15,585 bases of DNA from Myxococcota bacterium (GTDB lineage Bacteria; Myxococcota; JACRCW01), in the NCBI GenBank assembly GCA_040752415.1, contig JBFMGU010000252.1, positions 1-15,585 on the forward strand, in the 5' to 3' direction. Numbering within the stretch: position 1 is the first letter of the stretch; each line of letters opens with the position of its first letter. Under the pieces are notes generated by a model. That model did not search any database. It was not told the origin of the DNA and worked only from the letters and a program-made list of their open reading frames with translations. The position numbers and the translations under genes are program-made. Below, in pieces: positions 15,468 to 15,585 of the stretch.

Positions 15468-15585
15468 TCAGTGCCTTTCCCCAGGGCTTCTCAAAAGCAT
15501 TCCCCACCCCCCGCGTGAGCCGTGGGTGACATGCCTCAGGCCTTCGCTGCCTGTCCACTCTTCACGGTGGGCTTGAGCCTGCGGC

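Noticed and set aside
15468..15470. In-frame TGA upstream of the FG-GAP gene as a second selenocysteine codon
   Set aside because: Not a Cys-equivalent position, and the upstream frame (LRHVTHGSRGGWGMLLRSPGERH) does not continue the repeat.

Overview
High-GC bacterial chromosomal segment; several lipoproteins, a DAG-linker/Cys-rich FG-GAP protein and a sigma54-type promoter suggest Myxococcota or a related deltaproteobacterium (inference). Recognisable genes are ugd, a selenocysteine-containing selD (in-frame TGA at codon 16 followed by a bSECIS-like hairpin; the ORF track truncates it), a RimK-type ATP-grasp ligase, a DsbA-like lipoprotein and tkt. Uncharacterised genes are a partial lipoprotein at the left edge, a 283-aa helical protein with a sigma54 promoter and tandem palindromes upstream and a degenerate 42-bp-period DNA array overlapping its 3' end, a small BamE-like lipoprotein, a 638-aa protein with a C-terminal CxxxCxxxC motif in frame with selD, a lipoprotein with six Dx[DN]xD[GE] repeats, and a 5'-truncated FG-GAP gene. 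Four unrelated long inverted-repeat doublets (REP/REPIN-like) sit in the intergenic spaces.
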